A stretch of 50,679 bases of DNA, counting the filler, from Bipalium vagum (taxonomy: Eukaryota), in assembly GCA_037834085.1 (NCBI GenBank). It is 3 parts of 3 records of this genome, joined end to end, with 100 filler letters (N's around TTAATTAATTAA, not from the genome) between each part and the next. Parts side by side here need not be neighbours in the genome. Positions count along the whole stretch, not along the records: positions 1 to 15,711 come from JBBMKC010150152.1; positions 15,812 to 32,419 come from JBBMKC010103282.1; 1 more part is not named here. The stretch is one strand, 5' to 3'. This document shows, piece after piece, positions 13,561 to 25,539 of this stretch (the stretch's first letter is position 1; each line of letters begins with the position of its first letter). The notes under the pieces are model-generated. The model saw nothing but the letters and a program-made list of their open reading frames with translations. It ran no database searches and had not been told where the DNA came from. A program made the position numbers and the translations under genes.

Positions 13561-14329
13561 AAAAAAATAATATTGTCACATTAAATAAGAATTAACAAAA
13601 ATCCACACACTTCACTAAAACCCACAAAATTTGAAAATAAAGCAAGTTTATAAAAAAAAGAAAATTTGTGTAACAATTATTCAAGACTAAAGTTAATAAT
13701 AATGTTATTATTATTATTAATATTATTATTAAATGCAAAACTTATAAATAATTTCAAATAAAATATCATTTAGTGTTTGCAACCCAAAACAAACTCAAAT
13801 TATCTTTCTCTCACCTCTTTAGAATCAAATAAAAAATTAGATTTTATAAGAAAGTGATCAATCAGTAAATCACTTTCAAAATTATCAATCCCTAAATCGT
13901 TTACTTTGGCTTTACCCTTTTTTATCATCAAAAGTACAGGTCAGACCAAACTTTTTTGTGTTCATTTTTGCCACCTCTGTGAGGTTCTTATGTAGGAGCT
14001 CGTAGAGGTCCTGGTTTATTAGTTCGACCACCTTCTGCTGCCAATGCTAACTCTTGTCAGCAGTCAATCCCGTTAGACAGTTAATTATAACTGACAGCAA
14101 AAGTAATTCAGCTCATTAGTCACCTTTGATTCTCGAAAATGAAAGTCTGTTAGCGCATTAATTGAAAAACCTGTACTTGGGTATTAACAAATAGGTTCTT
14201 TCAGGACATAACTAATTCATAAACCCTGCTCGGTCAAAAATTAATGAACTATTTGCAATTAATACTGCAGAAAAGAAAAAATATTATTATTTTATTTTAT
14301 CCCCATATAAAATAAATATCCTGGAGCAA

Positions 14330-14678
14330 ATATCAAAAATATTAATATGCAATTTCAGATATTATTTCAAAGAGTAATTGAGAAGTTCTGCCTCATCTGC
14401 CATATAGTCCTGACCTGACATCATCGAACTACCACATATTCAGGTTATTGCGGCATTTGTTGGCTGAAAAAATTTTTAATGTTAAAATCAGACTGGGTGT
14501 CCGAATACTTCAAATCCCAGAAAAATGAATTTTTCGAAAATGGCACTCGTTTCTTCATGAACTATGGCAGAAGGTCATTGACATTGGTGGAATTTGTCTT
14601 AGATTAATATAAATATTTGTTGTTTTGGTAAAGGAATTCAAGTTAAAAAACGCTCATTTCTAACTTAAAAACCTAATA
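14330..14678 (+). mobile_element. Mariner (DD34D) transposase 3' remnant with right TIR
   Basis: EVLPHLPYSPDLTSSNYHIFR matches WEVLPHPPYSPDLAPSDYHLF; ends in ...AAAACCTAATA, a mariner-type terminus. Confidence 0.85.
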
Positions 14679-15619
14679 TTTCTTTACCTTTCTTATTTAA
14701 AGTACTACTATTTTTTATTTACAAAATTGATATTTATTTTACTTTACATGGGTGGGATGCGTCAACGTGATTAATTCAGTAATTAACAATAACAATATTT
14801 TGTTAATTTTTTGGAAAATTTCATGCGCTACCTCAATTGTCAAGTAGTCCCTGGTTATTATTTATAGCCTTTATGTTTACCAGTTAATGTATTTTGTGTT
14901 AAGAGGTGTTTGTTTTTATTCCTATTTATTATTAGAATATTATTGTCTAGTATTAAATATTTAGTGATCAAAATAAAATGTGTGGTACTTTTCTTAATAA
15001 AATTGAACGATATAATTTTATTTCATCGGGTATTCGGGATGCAGAAAAGTAATGTGGAAATTTAATATCAAAATCAAAAATATTTTCTTTAATAACAAAA
15101 TCAATTAATCATTTACATAATTTCCATCATTTTCAATAAATCTTTACCATCTATTCACTATCGAATAAAATTTGACTTCTTTTTCAACAATCCAATTTAA
15201 TGTCTTCTAAGCTTCTCAAGGCATATCTTCATTCACTCTCCTCAAAGCTGACTTTGTTCCTGCCGTTTAAATTGATTTAAATTCCGCTTCTAAATTTTCC
15301 ATTTATTTCCTTTTTCTTCAACTGACCTCTTTTATATGTTTCCATTTTGTAATCTCTTTTTCTTCATCTATTCATATGTAATCCATGTCGCTCTCTGAAG
15401 TTGAAAGAATTATTTGACCCTCTTCTAAAATACTAAGGTTTTCCTTCTGATTTTGGTTTGACTAATGCTTCATGTGCCTCATTTTTGACGATTATCATCA
15501 TTTCGATGAATTGACTGAGGGATAAATTTTTCTTTTTTCCGTTTTTCTGTGACTACACACATATACCTTTAACTTAATAATGCATCTTTCATTAGTGCGA
15601 TTTTTTATTTATTCATTTA

Positions 15620-15644
15620 TTGCTATTATTATTGCTGTTATTGA

Positions 15645-15711
<67 letters not shown>
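15620..15711. repeat. (ATT)n microsatellite running into an assembly gap
   Basis: Read directly; the 5' part is slightly degenerate. Confidence 0.95.
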
Positions 15712-15811
15712 NNNNNNNNNNNNNNNNNNNNNNNNNNNNNNNNNNNNNNNNNNNNTTAATTAATTAANNNNNNNNNNNNNNNNNNNNNNNNNNNNNNNNN
15801 NNNNNNNNNNN
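15712..15811. other. Artificial contig linker (44 N + TTAATTAATTAA + 44 N)
   Basis: Exactly 100 nt, six-frame stop core, identical to the linker at 32420. Confidence 0.95.
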
Positions 15812-16769
15812 ATTCCAAGAATTAAAAATTTAATAATAAATCATTCATTTAAAAAATGTCAGTTACTTATGAAACACCCTGTATTATTTGTGTTAGATTT
15901 CTTAGAGACTCTAAACGTATTTTACTTTCAATACATGGTCTGCCAAATGTTCAAATTTAACTCGTACACAAACATCACCATATGCTTTGATGCTAGCTGT
16001 TGATTTACTTAATTCTATAATTATAAATCTATTGTAAGTTAAACTTGAATCTGATTCTTAAAGATTTAAATAAGATTCACAAATAAAGATCAAGTCAATA
16101 AAGAAACTTTTATTGGAACTAAAATAGATTTTGAATATAATAAATTTGTATAACAAATTAGCAACTGAATAACACTTAATTTAAAAAACGAATAATCTCC
16201 TAATTATAAGATAAAATCCTCTGATTAGAACTGCCTTTCCACTGACTAGTTCAGTGGAACTACTAACAAAAGGCAGAAAAAGTAAAAAATAAAACAAGTC
16301 CAACTCAAAGTCACTGACTACAGATATTATCCATCAATGGGATATCATTTATGTATGTCTACATAATTCATTTACTCTGGACAGAGATATATAGTTTTTG
16401 AAATGTTCAATATCGAAATATGTTCCATATTTTCATCTATTTAAAGATATTGAAATATATGATGTCTTTTTAAATATTTTTTTTGAGTTCATATGCTAAA
16501 TAGTTATCAATTATCTAAATTTCAGATAAATTTCACTTATAATTTTTAACAATTATCTTTCTGTGATTTCTGTGATTAATGATACATTTATTATCGTACA
16601 TATTAAATGTGTGATTATAAATGTATCAAAAATTCCACTTTGATTAGATTGTATTTTCATAAAGATTTTCATTTAATAATAAATGAAAAATTGTTTGTTT
16701 ATTCCAGAATTAATTATTTTAAAGTTAATTATTATTTTGTAATTTTTCAAGTTTAGTTACTTTCCACTC

Positions 16770-17268
16770 ATGGGATATTTTAAGAAAAAGTTACATCAAA
16801 CTTCTAATAACTGTGTAATTGAGAGTGCTAATACATTCCCTGGTTTTAGTGAAGATGACAGTGATTTTGAAGTTGAAATAGTACAAGATGATATAGATAT
16901 TAATAACATTGATTACTTCGAGTCTGATGATGAATATGAAATATCGAAAAATTTTATGGAATCTACACCATTGAGAAAAAATGGAAATATAAAATTATAC
17001 TATGATAACAATATTTCCAACGATGATTCTGAGATGTATGAGTCTATACAATTCGAGTTTTCAGAAGCAAGTCAAATGGAATACGAAAGCAATGATAAAG
17101 TAAGATGGATTTTTAAATTTTTTATTTGAAAATACTTTCTAGTATGTAAACGGATTAAACGTCAGTCAGCTATCTATGAACAGCAACCTTTCCAGACTGG
17201 CCGCTCTATATCCTCAACCAGGTCATTCATTAAATCGTTCAAGTCGAAAAAGTCAAATTTTATTCTAA
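16770..17268 (+). CDS. Uncharacterised acidic protein, about 151 aa; exons 16770-17099 and 17143-17268
   Basis: 110-codon exon, 43-nt phase-0 intron GTAAGA...TTCTAG (host-typical size), second exon stays open (YVNGLNVSQLSMNSNLSRLAALYPQPGHSLNRSSRKSQILF*). Confidence 0.6.
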
Positions 17269-18529
17269 AAGTGAAATGTTTAATGTCATTGTGGAAATCC
17301 TAAGCCAAATGTTAATAAATTTTTGTCATCCAATGCAGGCAAAGTACCTTCTTTTTGAATTATTTTATATATTATGATAGATAAATAAATGCATTTTTTT
17401 GTAATTGAAAGATTCTAGTGATAATTATTCTGACAAAAAAATCAATTTTCTTAATATTTTACTAAATTAGGTGAACTATTTTGAAATTGATTTTTCAACA
17501 ATTTATTTAAATGTTTTTTAAAAATTCGTTCTGTTTACCAATTGAAATCTAATTCTAAAATCCTGTTTAGAGAAATGAGATTTTTTTATTCAAATAAAAT
17601 TTCTACGATTACCAAAGTTTTTCTTAACTCGAACTTATTTTCTTGTTAACTGACGAATGTAATCATGGAAAAATATATGTGATTGGATCACATAGGTTTG
17701 TAATATTCTTCTCAAAGATGAAAGGGCATGGCAGGCTTAAAAGTACAAAAAATTGGTTCCCGTGCTTTTTCAATGAAAAAAATCCATAATTAATGTGTTT
17801 CTCAGTCAGGATCAAAGTGTATTAGTTCCGTTGATCCCAATCTCATAAATCCGAAATTCACTTTATAAGACTCAATTCGGGATTAACCGGAGTATTTGTA
17901 TCTGTGGATTAAGAATATTCTATACTTATTTAAAAATTAATATTAACTGAATTTATTAAAAAATTTACGTGATTCCAATTTCTAATTTGATTGTGTCCTT
18001 TTAACTATATCCCCGTTTGACACATAAGCCTAAGATATATTTATTATCCACAACATTCATCACAATACCGTTCTAATTTTGTTAATAATCTACTGCAAAT
18101 GAGTAAGATTTTATAGTCATCGAAACTTGGATCAATTTGTTTACAAAAAAACAAAAGCGAGAAAGAATAAGAAACAGTGATTATTACTTTGATGATTCCT
18201 CTCTATTACTGGTCCCTGGTTCTTATAGATATATAATATTCGTGAAGGAGACGAGCACGATCTCCAAAAGCTTTTAAAGAAAAATAAAACACTTAAGTTG
18301 TCCAATATTTTAATCACGTATTGGTTTAAAATAATATCAATATTCTAAAGTCATCTGTGATCTGCTTATATATACGTGGTGACGTCAAAAAAGACCCGGA
18401 CTCGATAAAAAGAAATAATTTCTAAGTCAAATTTTGTATTTTAAAAAATCAGTGTATTAAGGTATAAAATATTCAAAGTTTTTCAATATAACCCCCTTCA
18501 CTCTTCACATATTTGCGCCATCGTTCAGC

Positions 18530-18860
18530 AATTAGGAGAATTATATAATTACCACTTTATGTTTTTTAAATGTAACATAAATAAGGAATATTTAAACATA
18601 TTAGGTTTTTCAGGGCTTGAAGAAAACGGTTACCAGCATTTAACCGTAAATCATTCGATAATATCTAAGAACCCATTGACAGAAGTAATTATTTTTATTT
18701 GTTTAATTCAGATACACACTAGTACAATTGAAGGCATGTGAAATGACTAAAATTTCAAATAAAGTCTCGAAACAAAAAGGAAAAAATCATTTTGAATTCT
18801 TGTGGTGAAGAATTCAGCGAAATGATAAATGGGAATCATTCTTGAATGTCCTTTCAAAAT
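18530..18860 (+). mobile_element. Merlin (IS1016/ISXO2-like DDE) transposase C-terminal remnant
   Basis: FSGLEENGYQHLTVNHS...NPLTE/IHTSTIEGM*N...EFLW matches the ISXO2 motif Y-x-H-x-TVNHS-x3-VDP-x-TG-x-HT-x-x-IEG-x-W; contains stops and frameshifts. Confidence 0.8.
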
Positions 18861-19146
18861 TCGCCGAAGAAAATGACCTAAATTACATCTTAAATGAGCA
18901 TAGTTTTTGTGAAAAAAATCTAATAATAAATAAATGAAAAAGGCAAAATTGATATTGTGTATTTTTATCAAAACAAATTGTGAAATAAACAGCTTTATTA
19001 AATAAATATATAGGTTTATTTTAAATTTCGCATGATAGTAAATTCTTAAATTTACAAAATAGAGTAGTAAAACAAACGTAACCTTTACAAAAGACCTACA
19101 GTGATATCAAAGTCCAACCAATCTAAGAACCCTACATATATACATA

Positions 19147-20923
19147 CAATGCTGCCCATATGTTTTGGATAAACATTTAAAATTGGACATATTAGTATAT
19201 GATGGTTTAAATTAGACATTTTATGATTTACTTTAATTTAGGTACATGCTGGTGTTAACTTTATATTTCATTAAAAATTATTACAAATAAATATTTTATA
19301 CAGGGTGAGCAAATTTTTAGTCAAGCAAAAAATGACATTAATTTGTTCGTTATTTAATTCTTTAAGTTTTACAATTTGTTTATTTAATATATAATATTTA
19401 GAAAGAAAAATAAAATCAAGATATTCTCACCACTTGTAACGACAGGTCCAAAGGGTGGTTTGCTGAGCCCAATCCGGTTTGCTCAGAAACCCCCAAACAG
19501 CACAGGACCCGTGAGCTCCTGTGGCATAGAGGGCATAAAGAATGACGAAAAACCTATTTATGAATATCTCGAATATTTCGTAGTCGAATGTCTAATGGAC
19601 GAGTATCTCGTATCCTTCTTCTGACGAAAATCTTGGATATCTCGTAGTTGAATACCTCGTAGCCTTCTTCTGACAAATATCCTGAATATCTCGTAGTCAC
19701 GAAAATTTCTTTCGGAAATTTTTATGACAATTCACTGCGGATTCCAACTCCTTATATACCATTCTGATCAGACGACTAATCAGTCGTAGATCAGCTTGAT
19801 TACTGGGGAATGTCGATTCCAGTTTAAGATCGATAATTATAAATCGATCCCTCTTTGGGGATCCTGATCTAATCTTGGCAATTTAAGTTGTCAAGATTAG
19901 ATCATTTTTGGAAATAATTAATTTACCTTTTTTGTTTGAACGTACTTTTTAATTAATTAATTATTATTATTTTATTTCTGACCATTTTGCGATTTTAATA
20001 ATTAATTGATAATAACCAATCTAAACCCTATTGCGATCTCTAACATATGCCTTTACAAGGGTTTACAGGGATGTGTTCTTGGCTAACCCAACAATTTCAA
20101 GGAATTCTGTTCAACATATTATACGGAAACTGCAACAACAAGGAACATTAAAAAACTTATATAAAAGTGGTCGTAAACTGAAAAATCTAGAAAGATCACT
20201 TATTCGGATGTGATTCATTTTATTGATTGAAAATCAAGCCAAACTTCCTCAGTTAGTTCTGTGAAGTGTATTCTGAGAAACTATTGGTTTTTCGAAGAAA
20301 CAATATTTAAATGAGCGACATATCAAGAATTGCTTAAAGTGGTACAGAGATTATAGCAAACTGCTTCCTTTTTCTTATAATGAGGTGATTTTTACTGATG
20401 AAAGCCTGGTAGAACTGTTGTCTAGAAGAAAAGAATACGTCCGCAAGCCGCAAGGATCCATGTATAATCCAAAATATATCACAAAAACTGTTAAATTTGG
20501 AAGAAATAGTTTAATGGTTTGGGGCCCAATGAAAAAAGATGGCGCTAGAGTTTTCATAAGGTGTCTGGGTTGGATGAATTCTGATGCTTACCAGGATGTA
20601 TTGAAGAAAGGTTTGCTGTCAATATGTGAAGCACATAATATATTTCAACAAGTCAAGATTGGTGACTTCGATTTTTGAAAAGTGTAAGTTATGCGTAATG
20701 AGTGATTGGTCTGCTCAATCACCAGATCTGAATATAATTGAGCCTTTGTGAGCTGATCTGAAAGCCATAGTTGTTATGTGTAGGCCGGCAAATATTTAGG
20801 CTCTGTGGAAGAATTCGGAGGAGCAGTTTGCGATGATTCCAATATCTAAGATTAAAAATCTTTACGAAAGCATTCCAAGAAGGATCCAAGAGATAATTAA
20901 AAATAAATGTATGAATACAAGGG
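19147..20923 (+). mobile_element. Decayed Tc1 (DD34E) element interrupted by LTR sequence; transposase remnants about 20070-20923
   Basis: TA|CAATGCTGCCCATATGTTTTGG TIR-like start (link to the transposase is inferred). HTH ISRNSVQHIIRKLQQQGTLKNLYKSGR; VIFTDES...KTVKFGRNSLMVWG; DWSAQSPDLNIIEPL. Confidence 0.85.
19423..20057 (-). mobile_element. LTR (5' LTR orientation) followed by a PBS-like site
   Basis: Minus strand TGTAAAGG...CGTTACA, then AG + TGGTGAGAAT (PBS-like); internal TATATAAGGAG; homologous to 27150-27370. Confidence 0.65.
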
Positions 20924-21060
20924 TGTAACGATCAAGGTCGCTTATCTAAACAGTTACAAGGGGGTTTTTATCTGAGCTCATCAACTCTCTCGAAGGAACT
21001 GCAAATAATAAAATAATCACGAATAAAGAAAACGATTAACAAAGTAAGGTGTCACAAATG
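20924..21060 (-). mobile_element. Related LTR terminus inserted at the end of the Tc1 transposase
   Basis: TGTAACGATCAAGGTC...AAGGGGG..TTT..CTGAGC resembles TGTAACGACAGGTC..AAGGG..TTTGCTGAGC at 19435; right boundary uncertain. Confidence 0.45.
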
Positions 21061-22494
21061 CAAGGTTAAATCTCTAATATACAATCAATGTTCAACAATA
21101 CAAGTTATTATTAACTAATTAATTACCTTCTTGACTTTATGATAGCCGAAGAAGTTCTAATAACAAAAAAACGTTATCTGTTGCTTAGAGAACAGTAAAA
21201 AAGAATATAGAAAATATTAAAAAATTATTGATGAGAAGAATTTACTTGTAGAGACTACAGCAAAAACAAATCGAAAAATCAAGAATAGAATATTCATTTA
21301 TTTTTTATATTTTTCAAAACAATAAACTTCATTTCCATTAGTTGACTAAAAATGTATTAAAATTAGCAAAAAGAGTAGTAAAATAATGAACAGCTAGTAA
21401 ATCCCTTTAATACAGATTATTAATTATTAAACACGTCTTCAATTTTTCAAATAAAAAAACGGAAAATATAAATATAACATCGACTAATGTATATTAAAAC
21501 CAAATTTAATATTTCATAATTCAAATAACATCTTTATCATGACAACAAGCATCAATTAATAAATTAATCAAAATCATTTATTTAATTTTTTTGATTTTAA
21601 ATACAGGTTGATCAATACATTAAACTTACTAAAGAACGTATTTAAGTCAGAATTTAACTACTATCGGTTGTAAATGTAATTAGTTATCCAAAAAGTATGA
21701 CTTAAAGATTCAATTTTAATTCATCCAAATTAAAACCCAATAAGTATATAATTCTATGTAAAAAATCATTAATGTTTGACTGCTCATAAAATGAAGAACT
21801 GGAAATAAAAATTCCGATATTTTTTATTTCATTACATTGATTTATTTCTTGTTATGTTTCTTTGCAAATCTCATATTACGAAGAAATTTTGGATCCATCT
21901 GAAATAAAATCTTAATAAATATAAAGATTATCAGTTACTTACTCCTTTCAGAGATGGGTATCTTTGTCTTCTTGGTTTTTTAATACCATTTCGGTGAGCT
22001 TTCTTGTCTTAAAGAAATATTTTAAACATGGAAATAGAATATTATTATATTACTTTGGTTGTGACTGGTATGATTTTTAGACTTTGCCATCTATTTATTA
22101 AATTAAATTAAACAAATGAAACAAGAGAATATTACTTTTTAAATAAAAATAGATTATTACTTTTTAAATATTTAAACAAACATTATTTAAATTTTTATTT
22201 CATTTCAATAAATATTCCATTTAGATTCTACTTTTAATAAGTATCTCCAAGTTAAATTGTTTACCTTAATATTATTACTCACAATTATATTTTTCTCTTA
22301 TCAATAACACAAGAATTCTACAGAACCAACGAGATAATTAAATTTTATATTTTTGTTGTAGATAAAGATTGTTAAATTCAAAATATCTCAAATTACTTAG
22401 AATTCTTTAATAAATATCACTTTTAAAAGTTGCAGGTAATAAATATATTTCTTCTTAAAATAACTTTTAATTTATTTAAGCTTGATTTCTTATA

Positions 22495-23362
22495 CAGTCT
22501 GACCAAAAAATTAACACGGTTCTATTTTTTGGAAAACTACTCTAAATAACACATGGAGGTGCTAATTTTTTGTTTTTAAATATGAAAAATAGTCTCTAAT
22601 TAATTAAATAAAGCTTATTGCATTGAAAACTTTTAGAAATTAATAATTTTAGGTAAAATTTAAAATTTTCTAGAAAATAATTGACCAAGAATATTATCAT
22701 TCTAAGGTTTTTTTGTTAAAATCAGTGTACAAAAGTTGGGCTTGTAATAATATATATATATTATGTAGATAATTTAATTATATCATGTAATTTAAATTAA
22801 GTTTAACATGCGGAAAACAACTGATCTTTCAGTTTATAAAAAGGAACAGATAGACGCCTTTAAATTGGACAATAAATCGAACGTTGAGATATGAAGACTT
22901 ATTAACAGGGATAGAACAACTGTTAAAAGTATTTAAGTAGAGAAAAAAGGAAAATCTAAACCAAAATTCGGGTAAAAACATATTCTATCAGTCAGGATAG
23001 AAGATGGTGTATGAAGTTAGCAAAAAACCAATAATTTATCAACAAGAAAGATAGCAAATGAACTTTCACCGAAAGTGAGTTTTTCAACAATCTTAAACGA
23101 ACTATATAGAAATAAAAATATTAAGTTAACTAAAATAAAAAGTCGGCCAAAATTAAAATTACATGTAAATAAATGAGTGTTAGGGTCTCAAGAACATCAT
23201 ACTTGGAATGATGAAAAGTGGAGAAAGTTATTTTTAGAGATGAAAAGAAGTTTAATCTAGATTTCCCTGATGGTTTTAATTTCTATTGGCACGACGTCAG
23301 ATTTGAAATAAGACCATTTGGAGGCGGTGGATTGATGGTTTGCGGAGCAATTGGATATAACA
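22495..23362 (+). mobile_element. Tc3-like transposon, 5' half, truncated by a mariner fragment
   Basis: TA|CAGTCTGACCAAAAA TIR-like start; ATG at 22808 gives MRKTTDLSVYKKEQIDAFK...RDRTTV; DEKKFNLDFPDGFNFYWHDVR; FGGGGLMVCGAI. Confidence 0.85.
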
Positions 23363-23364
23363 GA

Positions 23365-23770
23365 AACTTTTGTAATATCATTATCCACAGTCTATAAAAT
23401 TTTTGATCTTTTTCAGTAAGGAAATCGTCTAGGTAAGTTTTTATGATGTCTTCAGAGGTAAATGTTTTCCCAACCAAAGAATTCTGTAATGAAAGAAACA
23501 GATAGTAATTTGGTGGTGAAATGTCAGGGCTATATGAAGGATGTGGCAACACATCCCAACCAAATTCCATAAATTTCTGAGAAAAGGCCAAAGAAGTTTG
23601 GTGACATGTGTTGTCGTGATGAAGCAGTCTGAACGTTTCTGCTACAAGTAATCGTTAAATTTTGATAGTTATTGGTAGTATACATTTGAGTAAATTATAA
23701 ATGGTAAGAGCTCAAAATCTATAACACCCTTGTAATCCCACCATATAGATAGGATACTCTTTTTTATTAG
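23365..23770 (-). mobile_element. Mariner transposase catalytic-domain fragment
   Basis: LSIWWDYKGVIDFELL...LLHHDN...FGWDVLPHPSYSPDISPPNYYLFLSLQNSL. Confidence 0.9.
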
Positions 23771-23779
23771 TATCACGTT

Positions 23780-24400
23780 TTGATATTCTTAGACAAATCT
23801 CACCGGACTTTGACCATGATGTTACTATAATACTTTGACGTAGTTACGTGTGCTCGTGAGTCCTCACTTCTATAAAAATGTTGTGTTCGTTCCCTTTTAA
23901 ATCTGATCCGAATCAAAACACCATGATAATACTGTATAAGCTCCCTAAGAACTGAATCAAAACTTCTACAATAAAACTTCATTTGAATAAAACGCAATCA
24001 CACAGGAAAAATCACAACGACAAACCACTTCTATAAATCACCCTATAATTAATGAGTACAATAAACGTCATCAGGAATAAATGATAAAAAAATATATACT
24101 GTTACTGTTAAAATAAAAGAGAAGAAAGTAATGATCACAAAAGAATCAAGAGTAAAATAAAACGGTCTCACCAAAAGCGACAAGGGGTCCCCGGGTCGTC
24201 CTCTAGGTCCTTATCAGGTCGTCTAGGGGTTCACAAGCTCACTGGATCCCCTTGTTAAATCCTTCTGCGTAGTCATATCCACTTGACTAGAATAATTGAG
24301 TTCGTCTCAGAATTGGTTTAAGAGTTGTCGTCGTCTCACAGTGTTTTTGAGCAAATTCACGGTACTAGCCGTCTCTTTATATAGTCATAGAGATTGGACT
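23780..24400 (-). mobile_element. Possible LTR-like fragment
   Basis: GC-richer non-coding block with a minus-strand CTATATAAAGAG TATA and a U/G-rich tract resembling 27780-27820; termini not defined. Confidence 0.25.
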
Positions 24401-24635
24401 ACGATCACCAATCCATACGCTTTGAGATAGCTATTTCCGTCAAAAGCCTGTAATTACCATCTCTGTCTCTACTCCGGTACAGAAGAATTTTATAACTCCG
24501 ACGACGGAGCATAATTGTAATTTCCAATCTCGACGACGAGGTGAATAACCGGACTATCATCATTATTGTTATTACCACAACAATTATAGTTATTATCGTC
24601 CGAATTAAAACTGGGATTATCAAAATCATCAACTT

Positions 24636-25430
24636 GATTATTGCTAGAGGAGTAATTGGAGGAAAAAATTTACCGATAGCACATATGTGGGATAAATCTT
24701 GGGGGCATCCACTATTTAACAAAACTATGACACGTGATAAATTTTCAGATATAATGAAAAACCTACAATCTGATCTCAAAATTGAAAGAATTTGGAAACA
24801 TATAAGTTTGGTTTAGTTTCTAACCTATGGAATTCATTTATAGAAAACTCTCAAAAAGCTTATATTCCTCATGAGAATATTACAATTGACGAGCAGTTAT
24901 TACCTTGTAGGGCTTTGTGTAAATTTATCCAATATATGTCAAAGAAGCCTGATAAATTTGGATTAAAATTTTGGCTTTCTGTTGATGTTGAAAGCAAATA
25001 TTTATGCAATGGCTTTCCATACCTAGGCAAAGATGAAACCATTTGATTCTTTACCCACTGATGTTGTACTAAAATTAATGAGTCCCTTTGCGAACCGAGG
25101 ATATAACGTCATTTGTGACAATTACTTTACCTCCTTGAATCTTGCTCAAAAGTTACTGCTGAAAAAAACTAGAATTATTGGTACAATTCGTTTAAATAGA
25201 AGAGAGTTGCCTGAATTAATAAAGGTAAAAAGACCTCTTCATGATACATTAATAATGGAAACATCGAATATAACTTTAATGTCATATCAATGAAAAACAA
25301 CTAAATTTGTTGCCATTTTGAGTACCGTACATCCTGATGTCATTATTCCAAGGGTATCTAATCTGAAGAAAAAACCCGAAACTGCTTTATTTTATAACAA
25401 TAAAAAATTTGGAGTTGATGTCATTGATTT
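24636..25430 (+). mobile_element. piggyBac transposase remnant (frameshifted; both ends missing)
   Basis: ARGVIGGKN...MTRDKF; ITIDEQLLPCRALCKFIQYMSKKPDKFGLKFW; CDNYFTS...GTIRLNRRE; STVH...KKPE...YN..K.GVDVID, across four ORF pieces. Confidence 0.93.
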
Positions 25431-25539
25431 TTATTATTATTATCATCACCATTTTATTATTATTATTATTTTATTATTATTATTCAACAATGATTTTTTG
25501 TTTTGGACATCATTGTATAAAATTAATTTTTTGTCTCCA

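Noticed and set aside
15756-15767. TTAATTAATTAA palindrome between N runs
   Set aside because: Assembly linker, not biological.
19560-19700. CRISPR-like appearance of the interspersed repeats
   Set aside because: Eukaryotic LTR context, degenerate units, spacers not unique, no cas genes.
20058-20923. AGGG at both LTR junctions flanking the Tc1 segment as a TSD
   Set aside because: The arrangement is inside-out for a TSD, and a 4-mer match is likely chance or target preference.
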